From NCBI GenBank assembly GCA_964600695.1, contig CAZRKK010000002.1, positions 5,354-69,353 of the forward strand: 64,000 bases of DNA. The letters are read 5' to 3'. This stretch comes from an uncultured Candidatus Saccharibacteria bacterium (GTDB lineage: Bacteria > Patescibacteriota > Doudnabacteria > UBA920). Numbering within the stretch: position 1 is the stretch's first letter; each line of letters begins with the position of its first letter. The notes below the pieces were generated by a model. That model ran no database searches and was not told where the DNA came from. It saw nothing but the letters and a program-made list of their open reading frames with translations. A program made the position numbers and the translations under genes. Below are positions 17,386 through 25,360 of this stretch, one piece after another.

Positions 17386-18102
17386 ATGCAGAAATTCATT
17401 ATTTCGTTCGTTTTTGTCGCAATGTCACTTATGGCTGTTTCGTCGGCCTCGGCCCAGAATCCGGACTTGAACGTTCCGGTGCCTTCGGGAAAGACGCAGA
17501 CCACGAAGAGCCCGGACTTGAACGTTCCGGTGCCTAACAAGTCGGTTCAAAGTTCGGCTAACGTCTATAGGACGTACCGCAACACTACGGTCGTTAAGAA
17601 GTATTCCATGAACGGCGTCGACAAAGACGCTCGTGAAGTGAATGTCGCTCAGGACATTCGTATAAAAAAACTGGAAGACGGCAAGGCTAACTCGTCGGAC
17701 GTCGAAGCAGGATTTAAGTCGGTTGACGATCGTTTCGCGGCTAAGGATCAGGTGGATGCACGACAGGACCGAGAGCTCGGATATACTTTCTGGGCTTTCA
17801 TAATCATCCCGGTAGTCTTTCTGGTTCTGGCGTTGTTGTACTTCATGTTTGGAGGCAACAATAATAACGTTCAGGTTAACGGTGGTGGACATGCACCGGC
17901 ATACGTACCTCAGGCCCAGCCTGCAGTACAGCCGATACCATACTACCAGCCTATTCCTGCACAACCCGTTCCTGCGGCACAACCGGTTCCTGCAGCCAAC
18001 CAACAGCCAAGCGTAAATGTTCCGATCAATATTGCGGTCGAGCCGATTCAGATCGATCTCCGACCGTCGTTGCGTGGAACACCGCCGGCACCCGCTCAGT
18101 AG
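17386..18102 (+). CDS. secreted, TM-anchored protein with PDLNVPVP repeats and a P/Q-rich tail; G+C/CpG-rich coding sequence
   Basis: AAGGAGGG lies 9 nt upstream of the ATG. Signal peptide ends ...AVSSASA|Q. TM helix FWAFIIIPVVFLVLALLYFMF. 11 of 16 Ser codons are TCG. Confidence 0.65.
   Translation: MQKFIISFVFVAMSLMAVSSASAQNPDLNVPVPSGKTQTTKSPDLNVPVPNKSVQSSANVYRTYRNTTVVKKYSMNGVDKDAREVNVAQDIRIKKLEDGKANSSDVEAGFKSVDDRFAAKDQVDARQDRELGYTFWAFIIIPVVFLVLALLYFMFGGNNNNVQVNGGGHAPAYVPQAQPAVQPIPYYQPIPAQPVPAAQPVPAANQQPSVNVPINIAVEPIQIDLRPSLRGTPPAPAQ
17461..17535 (+). repeat. 24-nt exact direct repeat, two copies 51 nt apart
   Basis: ccggacttgaacgttccggtgcct occurs at 17461-17484 and 17512-17535, encoding PDLNVPVP twice. 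Confidence 0.9.
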
Positions 18103-18118
18103 TGAGCATCTCTCTTAC

Positions 18119-18149
18119 AGAGAGCAAGGTAAAACTTGCTCTCTTTTTT
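18119..18149 (+). terminator. rho-independent terminator
   Basis: Perfect 10-bp stem agagagcaag (18119-18128) / cttgctctct (18135-18144), then T6. Confidence 0.85.
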
Positions 18150-18167
18150 CATTTTTATAAAAAATAG

Positions 18168-18176
18168 TGGTATAAT
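18168..18176 (+). promoter_or_regulatory. extended -10 promoter (TGgTATAAT)
   Basis: Exact TGGTATAAT, 37 nt upstream of the ATG at 18213. Confidence 0.55.
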
Positions 18177-18212
18177 TAAAACAACTTTAAATTGTTAATT
18201 CGAAACAAAAAT

Positions 18213-21200
18213 ATGGCTAAAGCCGAAATGGCTCGTCAACCAGATCAAGGTCCAGAACCGGCAATTGACTTGTCGAAAACACTCAAAACCAGTGTAGATG
18301 ATGCTAAAAATAGAGCACGACCACGAGGCCGTGATGTTGATTTTGCTATCCAGCAGAATGATATGCGCGAAGCTAATTTAAGACAGGGTCATCCAGACAT
18401 ATCTGATAAAAAAGAGTTTATTCGACGGGAAAAGGCAAAGAACGAGGCGCGTAGTAAGTCTAAATCTGAAAAGGGACCTAAAAAGAATGAAGTAATTCTT
18501 CAACCTATAGCTCCGGCAGAAAAATTAAAAGCTGTAGTTAACCAAGAAAAAGCCGCGCAGAAACAAAAACCAGAGCAAAAGCCGGAAACACAGCCAGAAC
18601 AAAAGATAGCTCAACAAGAACAAAAAGCAGCCCAAGAAACCAGTAAAGTTGTAGAAAGTGTAGTTCAGGAAAGCACTAAAGAGATGTCCGCAGAAGTGGA
18701 CAAGGCACTTGCCGTACATGCAATTAGTCCAGAACATGCTCAGCAAGCCAAAGCAGTTATAAACAATGAACAGGTAAAGCAAGGAGTTTTTTCTAGAGCT
18801 TTTGGTGCTATAAAAGACAAAGCAGTGGGTGTTAAAGAGTGGTTTGCAGATAGTCCTAGGTTAACTTCACTTTTGGTTGGTGCGGGTACTGGTATGGGTG
18901 TTCGTTACGCTGTTAAGGCTGGGTTTATTGCTGCATTTGGAGCAAACTTACCTTGGTTGGTTGCCGCAGGTGCCACTGCAGGTGGTTTACTAGAAGGTGG
19001 GCGTTCATTTTGGCGTGAATCAAAATCCTATCAATCTAAAGAGATTATGGATCGGTTCAGAAGCGCGGATTATCTAGAAAAGGCAGCCATGCTTTCTAAG
19101 CTTGAGGAAGCATACAAAACCCAAAGATTTGATGCGTCTCCAGAAGGTTACCAAGAAATTGGTACAGCTTTGGCTCATGCTCGAACAGAAATGCAACTTG
19201 AATTAGACAAAAAGGATGGCAAGTTTGCTAATCATTCCGATCGAGATAAAATTCAATATATTTTAAATTTATCACAAGGTATTAAGGGTGAAATTCATAA
19301 AGATAATCGTGGTAAGGAAGCCAGAAAGCTTATTCGTGACATCGAAAAGAGCTTAGAGTACAAGCGTGATTTTAAAGGTGTCTTACAGAACAAAAAGATG
19401 GTAGTTGCCAAGGCAGCTCTTAAAGGTGCAGCTTATGGTGGGCTGGGTTCATTAATCGGTGGGGCAGTATCACACTATTTCTTCGAAAGTGGAACAACTC
19501 AAACTGTCAGCCATGTTGTCGAGAACAGACCTACTGTGGCAGATCATTTTACAAAACATTTAGATCATCGAGGTTTAACCGGTGGTGCTCGTGATTCATT
19601 GCATGATTTGATAGAAGAACAAAGAGGTATTGATCCTAATTTTGCCGAAGGAGTCACTGTAGAGCAACTAGTTTATGCAGAAGACACTCTCGCTAAAGAG
19701 GCTATTAAAAATGGCGTTAAGTCTGGCGTTTCGGAGCATACTTGGACTCATGATGAGTTGATGCGAGCCTTAGAAAAATCTGGAGCGGTTGGAGATAGTT
19801 CTACGCTTACTGAAGCAGGAGAAAGGAATATCGGACGATTGATTTCGCATCGACCTCATTTCTTGTCCGAAGCTACCAAAGAGAAAATGCTTGATTTTAC
19901 ACCTAAAGATTTTAATGTAGTTGTTGAGCAAATTACTTCTCAACCAGAAAATATCGTTCTCTCAAACGAAGATTATGCAGCTATTATTGGTGCACTAACC
20001 CTAGTAGCGGCTTCAGAAGTGGCTAGTGCCGCCGACAGAAGAATCGCTAAGAATCGGCTTGAACAAATGCAAGCGAATCCTCCAACTGGCCAGCCAGGGG
20101 ATGGTGTAGAAACAGCTCCAGCTAATAATGTTGTATGGCCTACAGAAGGTGTTCTTACTGCAGAAGAAGCACGTGTGGATAATAGAAAATTCCCTAATGG
20201 CCCACCACCGTCACCATTTGATGGTAATGTAGAAACTACTCCTACACCTAAACCAGAGGGTAGTCCTTTTGATGACGAAAAAAAGCAAAATGCAGAGTCG
20301 ACTACTAATAAAGCAGGTAAGGTTGAGGAAATTGACGAAGATGTTGAAGCTCAAGTGGATGTACAAGATTTGCCTGGTGTAGAAAAAATCAAAGACTCGG
20401 AAGTTACTCCCGATGCAATTAATCGAAAACTGAAGAGTGCAAAAGTTAATGCAGAAGTAGTACCATGGCCTTTAGAAAAGATTACCAACAAACAGAAAGG
20501 ACAAATTAACAGATTAACTGATTTATATATTTCTTCGGCACGCAAGTTAAACGCCTTAAATATTACAAATAAGGTTGTCTTGAATTTTTATCCAACAGGT
20601 TCAAGAGAGTTAGATTTTACAGATTCTGAATTTACCGCTGGTATTCCTCTTAGTGATAAAACTTATAATAAAAAGAGCTTCGAGAGCTTAGTAGATAGGA
20701 TGATTGAAACTAAGATTTCCGAAAAGTTTGCTGAAATACAAAATAACTATGCATTTCAAACAGAGATGCCTGTCATAGGAAATTCAGAGGATGATCAAGC
20801 TGTTGAACAGTATAAAGCTTTAGATAAATTCCAGCGAAACATGGAAGCAATCGACGCAAAAGAATTAAAACGACTAACTTCTGGACTTAAGAAAGTTACA
20901 ATTGGTGACTATTCATTTATAGGTACTGATGAGGTGGTTCTACCAATGTTTATTAGAGACAACAGGGGTTATCATTATAAATCTTTCAAGCCTAACCAAT
21001 TAAAGGGTATGTTGAAAGAGTATTCCAAAGATCGGTTTGCGTTAAAGCCGATGGATTTAAAAGAGCAGAATGATAAATATCCAAATATTGGAGCAGATAA
21101 AAACTTTTACGATAATATCGAGGAAGCTGAGAGGATAAAAGCAGAAGAATTAGTATACAGTGTTATTGAAAATGAATTCAAAGATGGTTTTCCACCAAAC

Positions 21201-21806
21201 GTAAAGGTATTGTTTTCGGATAGATTCCAGTCAAAGCCAGGTGTCTTATACCTCGACATGTCAAAGTTTGACCAAGCATATATTAGTCGTCAGCTTCACC
21301 AAGGATTGCGTCGTTCTGCGCCAGATCGTTTACAGCGCACTCCTGGTCCTGTTAAAGAGCGTTTAAAGCGGGTTTCTCCTGATTATGGGAATAAAAAGTC
21401 TGACCAAGACAAAGCCATTGAAGCAGCTGTTGATAGAATAATTCGACCCGAAGATTGGGAGAAAAAAGAAACTGGGCCAGCTAATTTAAACCATATTGAA
21501 GAACAGAACGGAGAAGATGAGCTCTATAGTTTACTTGGAGACATAGATAAGAAATATCCAGGGTCTATCTCCGAAAGCATGCAAAAAAAGATCTCTAGTT
21601 ACTTAAAAGACAATAATTTATCAGCAGAGGATTTACTAACCGCCGATAAATTACCTAAAATTACGAGTGTTCTTCCTAAAAAACTTGAGCAGTACATAGC
21701 CGAAGAGTCGTTTGCTAAACTAGAAAAACTGGCAATGGCCGACGAGGATTATACTGACGAAGGCATTAGATTAAAAAATCAGTTAGAAGAATTCATCAAA
21801 AAATAA
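18213..21806 (+). CDS. giant (~1197 aa) multi-TM protein, no family recognised
   Basis: I prefer the ATG at 18213 over the TTG at 18192. The protein has a K/Q/E-rich N-terminal region, G/A-rich hydrophobic segments (e.g. SLLVGAGTGMGV...LPWLVAAGATAGGLL), a P-rich linker and a ~500-aa C-terminal region. Confidence 0.6.
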   Translation: MAKAEMARQPDQGPEPAIDLSKTLKTSVDDAKNRARPRGRDVDFAIQQNDMREANLRQGHPDISDKKEFIRREKAKNEARSKSKSEKGPKKNEVILQPIAPAEKLKAVVNQEKAAQKQKPEQKPETQPEQKIAQQEQKAAQETSKVVESVVQESTKEMSAEVDKALAVHAISPEHAQQAKAVINNEQVKQGVFSRAFGAIKDKAVGVKEWFADSPRLTSLLVGAGTGMGVRYAVKAGFIAAFGANLPWLVAAGATAGGLLEGGRSFWRESKSYQSKEIMDRFRSADYLEKAAMLSKLEEAYKTQRFDASPEGYQEIGTALAHARTEMQLELDKKDGKFANHSDRDKIQYILNLSQGIKGEIHKDNRGKEARKLIRDIEKSLEYKRDFKGVLQNKKMVVAKAALKGAAYGGLGSLIGGAVSHYFFESGTTQTVSHVVENRPTVADHFTKHLDHRGLTGGARDSLHDLIEEQRGIDPNFAEGVTVEQLVYAEDTLAKEAIKNGVKSGVSEHTWTHDELMRALEKSGAVGDSSTLTEAGERNIGRLISHRPHFLSEATKEKMLDFTPKDFNVVVEQITSQPENIVLSNEDYAAIIGALTLVAASEVASAADRRIAKNRLEQMQANPPTGQPGDGVETAPANNVVWPTEGVLTAEEARVDNRKFPNGPPPSPFDGNVETTPTPKPEGSPFDDEKKQNAESTTNKAGKVEEIDEDVEAQVDVQDLPGVEKIKDSEVTPDAINRKLKSAKVNAEVVPWPLEKITNKQKGQINRLTDLYISSARKLNALNITNKVVLNFYPTGSRELDFTDSEFTAGIPLSDKTYNKKSFESLVDRMIETKISEKFAEIQNNYAFQTEMPVIGNSEDDQAVEQYKALDKFQRNMEAIDAKELKRLTSGLKKVTIGDYSFIGTDEVVLPMFIRDNRGYHYKSFKPNQLKGMLKEYSKDRFALKPMDLKEQNDKYPNIGADKNFYDNIEEAERIKAEELVYSVIENEFKDGFPPNVKVLFSDRFQSKPGVLYLDMSKFDQAYISRQLHQGLRRSAPDRLQRTPGPVKERLKRVSPDYGNKKSDQDKAIEAAVDRIIRPEDWEKKETGPANLNHIEEQNGEDELYSLLGDIDKKYPGSISESMQKKISSYLKDNNLSAEDLLTADKLPKITSVLPKKLEQYIAEESFAKLEKLAMADEDYTDEGIRLKNQLEEFIKK

Positions 21807-21809
21807 GCC

Positions 21810-22124
21810 ATGATTAAAGATACAATAGACAAGGTTCTTAAAGAGTTAAACGTCAACAATCTATCTGATGATGATAAGTTTGCGGTGATGGAGCAACTTA
21901 CAGAGCACTTTAACAAAATCATTCTAGACACAGTACTAGCTAATCTTAATGACGAGCAACTCCTCGAGTTTAAGAATATGGTTGATCTGGAGGATTTAGA
22001 TAAAATGGAAGAAGGAATTGCTCTTATTGTAGCCAAAATTCCCGCAATAAACTTTAAAATCGAAGAAGCCATTAATAATGAAATCGCTCATATTAAAGAA
22101 TCCAAAGCGATAATCGATCGATAG
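21810..22124 (+). CDS. small acidic helical protein, hypothetical
   Basis: 104-aa ORF starting 3 nt after the giant gene's stop, so probably co-transcribed. Confidence 0.5.
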   Translation: MIKDTIDKVLKELNVNNLSDDDKFAVMEQLTEHFNKIILDTVLANLNDEQLLEFKNMVDLEDLDKMEEGIALIVAKIPAINFKIEEAINNEIAHIKESKAIIDR

Positions 22125-22148
22125 TTACTTTCTTTTTAAACATAGTTG

Positions 22149-22157
22149 TGGTATAGT
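22149..22157 (+). promoter_or_regulatory. extended -10-like promoter (TGgTATAGT)
   Basis: TGGTATAGT, 78 nt upstream of the ATG at 22235. Confidence 0.4.
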
Positions 22158-22234
22158 TCTGGTAACTGTCTAGGACTGAATTTATTGCGGAAACAGAAAT
22201 CAAAATTTAAAAATCAAAGAAAACCAAAAACAAA

Positions 22235-22882
22235 ATGGATAAATCAGCAAATTTTGCTTTGATCGTGCAAATGATCGAAGCTGCAGAAAAGAATATTCAA
22301 TCGGCTAAGCATTTATTGCGAGAAATGGCCGGTGGAACTGTATCTAAATCTTCCACTAACTTTTTAGAAAAGGCTAGTGGTCTTGATGTTAGTCAAGGTG
22401 GTAAAGTTGTCGAGGGTGTGTTTGATGGACAAAACATGATTGGTCCGGATAGCAAACAGTACCCAGTTCCAGCTAATTATGCATCCAAATCCAAATTAGT
22501 TGAAGGTGATGTGCTTAAATTAACAATCGCAGATGACGGCTCGTTTATTTATAAGCAGATTGGGCCAGTTGAGCGTCGCAAGTTGATTGGTGTGTTAATG
22601 CAGGACGAAAATGGTGATTATAAAGTTATCGCAGATGGCAAAACTTTTCGGGTTTTATTGGCTTCACTTACTTATTTTAAAGCTCAGGGTGGTGACGAAG
22701 TAACTATTGTTGTCCCTAGTGAAGGTGATACTCAATGGGCTGCAGTAGAAAATGTGATCAAGCATTTAGGTGGTGACGGAAGTTCCGACGGGGAATTTAG
22801 TGCATCCGCTGGGCTGCAAGACCAAAAAGATGAAGACATGGAAGCTGAGGGTTTAGCCTCTGGCGAGACAGAAGAATTTTAA
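22235..22882 (+). CDS. hypothetical protein with acidic C-terminal tail
   Basis: 215-aa ORF, no family recognised. Confidence 0.5.
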   Translation: MDKSANFALIVQMIEAAEKNIQSAKHLLREMAGGTVSKSSTNFLEKASGLDVSQGGKVVEGVFDGQNMIGPDSKQYPVPANYASKSKLVEGDVLKLTIADDGSFIYKQIGPVERRKLIGVLMQDENGDYKVIADGKTFRVLLASLTYFKAQGGDEVTIVVPSEGDTQWAAVENVIKHLGGDGSSDGEFSASAGLQDQKDEDMEAEGLASGETEEF

Positions 22883-22909
22883 TTTTTAATCTTAATTAGG
22901 ATTAGTTTT

Positions 22910-23578
22910 ATGGAAGGTCAGTTGCTTACATTCAATCAAAAACTAACTCAATTGCTGGCAAATAAACCAGTTATTTTGCAAATTCTAAAATTTGCTGCTA
23001 TAGGTGCTCTTAACACAGCTTTAGATTTTATTATTCTCAATTATGTTACTAAAGCTTTTGGTGTGGAATCAGGACTTAATTTAGGCCTTTTAAATGTCAT
23101 TAGTTTTGGAGCAGCAATGATTCAGAGCTACTTATGGAATCGGGCATGGACCTTTGCAGCATCTAATTCTTCTCCTTTATCTAATCTATTTCGGTTGATA
23201 GTTGTTGGTGGTTTGGGGTTTGTTAGCTTTTTATTGGTGGTTATAGGTGGAATTTACAGCGTAGTCGATACCTATTACTTATTCATTTTAATAGTATTTT
23301 TAATTGCAGAAATCTTGATTTGGTATGGTTTTAACCTTAATTTAGGTAGTGATTCCAGTGTTGGTGTCGGTCATCAGTTTGGAATATTCATGATTGTTAG
23401 TTTAATTGGGTTATTGATAAATAGCGGAATTGTAGTAATTGCTTCTATGGCTCTAGCCCCGACATTATCTAATTTAATTAATGTGGATTCTGTAAAGAAT
23501 GTAGCTAAGATCCTGGCAACCATGGTTTCTTTGATCTGGAATTTTGTAGGTTATAAGCTATTTGTGTTCAAGAAATAA
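22910..23578 (+). CDS. GtrA-like membrane protein (polysaccharide synthesis/translocation family)
   Basis: LKFAAIGALNTALDFIILNYV near the N-terminus and WNFVGYKLFVFKK at the C-terminus are typical GtrA-family ends. Contains an extra internal TM segment. Confidence 0.65.
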   Translation: MEGQLLTFNQKLTQLLANKPVILQILKFAAIGALNTALDFIILNYVTKAFGVESGLNLGLLNVISFGAAMIQSYLWNRAWTFAASNSSPLSNLFRLIVVGGLGFVSFLLVVIGGIYSVVDTYYLFILIVFLIAEILIWYGFNLNLGSDSSVGVGHQFGIFMIVSLIGLLINSGIVVIASMALAPTLSNLINVDSVKNVAKILATMVSLIWNFVGYKLFVFKK

Positions 23579-23612
23579 TTTTTAAAAAAGTAGCATAATT
23601 AAGCTAAATTTT

Positions 23613-23635
23613 ACTGGCGTATAGCCAGTTTTTTT
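23613..23635 (+). terminator. rho-independent terminator
   Basis: actggc (23613-23618) / gccagt (23624-23629), followed by T7. Confidence 0.6.
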
Positions 23636-23636
23636 A

Positions 23637-23645
23637 TGGTATAAT
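23637..23645 (+). promoter_or_regulatory. extended -10 promoter (TGgTATAAT) for dnaX
   Basis: Exact TGGTATAAT, 78 nt upstream of the dnaX ATG. Confidence 0.55.
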
Positions 23646-23722
23646 ATAAGGAGCAAAGACAGTGATTTACTCAGCAAAACACTAGCAAATCTGGTATCAA
23701 AATAAATTAGAAACAAATTTAA

Positions 23723-25273
23723 ATGGCAGTATTTTACCAAACATATCGACCACAAAATTTTTTGGAAGTCATTGGCCAAGAGGCGATTGTTAAAACCCTT
23801 CAACAAGCTGTTGCAAGCGGGAAGATTGGTCATGCTTATTTGTTTACCGGCAGTCGTGGTATAGGAAAAACTACACTAGCAAGGATACTGGCTAAGGCCG
23901 CTAACTGTAATACTCTTAAAGATGGTAACCCTTGTGGGATTTGTGATATTTGTTTAAATATCGCCAATGGTTCCTTCTTGGATGTAATAGAAATTGACGC
24001 TGCATCTCATACTGGTGTAGATAACATCCGCGAACTCATCGAACATATTAGATTTCAACCTTCACAGGGTAGAACTAAAGTTTTTGTAATAGACGAAGTA
24101 CATATGCTTTCCAAAGCAGCCTTTAATGCTTTACTCAAAACTTTAGAAGAACCACCATCACATGTCTTGTTCATTTTAGCTACTACTGACATAGAAAAAG
24201 TTCCGGATACGATTATTTCTCGAACTCAGCGATTTGATTTTAGAAAGATTACTACCGATCAAATTAAAAAAGCTTTGCAACAAATTGTTAAGGTAGAAAA
24301 ATTATCTTTGCCAGAAGAGGCTATTGATGTCATTGTCGAAAATAGTGAAGGTGGTTTACGAGATGCTTTATCTCAATTATCATTAGCTGCTCATTTAGAT
24401 AGCTCTGCAAAGGCAGAAGACATTCATTTGTTGTTGGGAACAACATCACGGTCATCAGTTTTGGAGTTGTTGAATTTAATTTCCGAAGGTAAGACTTATG
24501 AGTTAAACGCTTTTTTTAACAAATTAACTCAAGCTAATTTTGATGCTGTTTCTTTTGCCAGAAAGACTTTAGTTATTTTACAGGAGCATTTAGAGGCAAA
24601 TCTTTCTGCTTCGAGTGACGGTAAAAATGGCGCTAATGATTTGATTGCAAGTCTTAGCCTTGCTCAGTTACTTTACATTATTCGATTGTTTATGCGAGCT
24701 TACAAAGAGATTGATAAAGCCTTAACTCCAGAACTTCCCTTGCTAATGGCTAGTATCGAAGCGGCGTTATTTATTAAACCTAACTCGACAATTTCTGTGG
24801 AAAAAGGCCGAAGTGAGCAAAGTAGCTCCGCGGCTACAGCATCGATAATTTCTACAAGTGAATTAGTGGATATACCAATTCAAAAGCAACCAGTTTTTGC
24901 TACAGAAAATATCGAGCCCGAGCAGGATAGTGATTTAAATTTAACAGCTGAACAGGTTAAAGAGTGGTGGCCTGGTCTTGTAGCAGAAGTGAAGGCAGTG
25001 AACAGCCCTTTGTCTACTTTGTTAAAAAATTCTCCTATCCATGAGGTTTCCGGTAATCGAGTCAGTGTAATGGTTAGATACCTTTTCCATAAAGAACATT
25101 TAGAAAATGCCAAGATTCGCGTGATGATTTCCAATTATCTAGGCGAAAAAGCTGGTGGAAACGTAGAATTTAGAGTAGTGATCCAAAAAGATTCGGTTGG
25201 AGAACAAATCGTTGATACGGCCTCTGCTGTATCTGATGCAATAAAAATATTCGGTGGCGAATTGGTGGAGTAA
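23723..25273 (+). CDS. dnaX: DNA polymerase III subunit gamma/tau
   Basis: YRPQNFLEVIGQE...GHAYLFTGSRGIGKTTLARILAKAANC...C..C..C zinc module...FVIDEVHMLS...SRTQRFDF. Confidence 0.93.
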   Translation: MAVFYQTYRPQNFLEVIGQEAIVKTLQQAVASGKIGHAYLFTGSRGIGKTTLARILAKAANCNTLKDGNPCGICDICLNIANGSFLDVIEIDAASHTGVDNIRELIEHIRFQPSQGRTKVFVIDEVHMLSKAAFNALLKTLEEPPSHVLFILATTDIEKVPDTIISRTQRFDFRKITTDQIKKALQQIVKVEKLSLPEEAIDVIVENSEGGLRDALSQLSLAAHLDSSAKAEDIHLLLGTTSRSSVLELLNLISEGKTYELNAFFNKLTQANFDAVSFARKTLVILQEHLEANLSASSDGKNGANDLIASLSLAQLLYIIRLFMRAYKEIDKALTPELPLLMASIEAALFIKPNSTISVEKGRSEQSSSAATASIISTSELVDIPIQKQPVFATENIEPEQDSDLNLTAEQVKEWWPGLVAEVKAVNSPLSTLLKNSPIHEVSGNRVSVMVRYLFHKEHLENAKIRVMISNYLGEKAGGNVEFRVVIQKDSVGEQIVDTASAVSDAIKIFGGELVE

Positions 25274-25360
25274 ATATTCTTCAAAATTCCAAGGCTCATA
25301 AGCAACTTAGATCAATCATAAAAATAAAGTTAAAATCTAAATTAAAATAAAAATATTAAA

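Noticed and set aside
16719-18003. Long minus-strand ORFs (16719-17075, 118 aa; 17425-18003, 192 aa) lie antisense to the two GC-rich genes.
   Set aside because: They have no SD or promoter on the minus strand. Their sequences are R/C/T-rich and not protein-like. The plus-strand genes carry promoters, SDs, a signal peptide, TM helices and terminators. Long antisense frames are the expected shadow of G+C-rich coding sequence.
23579-23722. The intergenic region upstream of dnaX was checked for an SRP (4.5S/scRNA) gene, which precedes dnaX in some Firmicutes.
   Set aside because: There is no conserved SRP domain IV motif or long helical pairing. The region is explained by a terminator (23613-23635) and a TGGTATAAT promoter (23637-23645).
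24266-24272. An A-run (att aaa aaa gct) in dnaX, considered as a programmed -1 frameshift site producing a gamma subunit.
   Set aside because: It lies at about codon 182, inside the AAA+ core and far upstream of where tau/gamma truncation occurs. The heptamer is preceded by T rather than A in the required register. No downstream stem-loop was seen.
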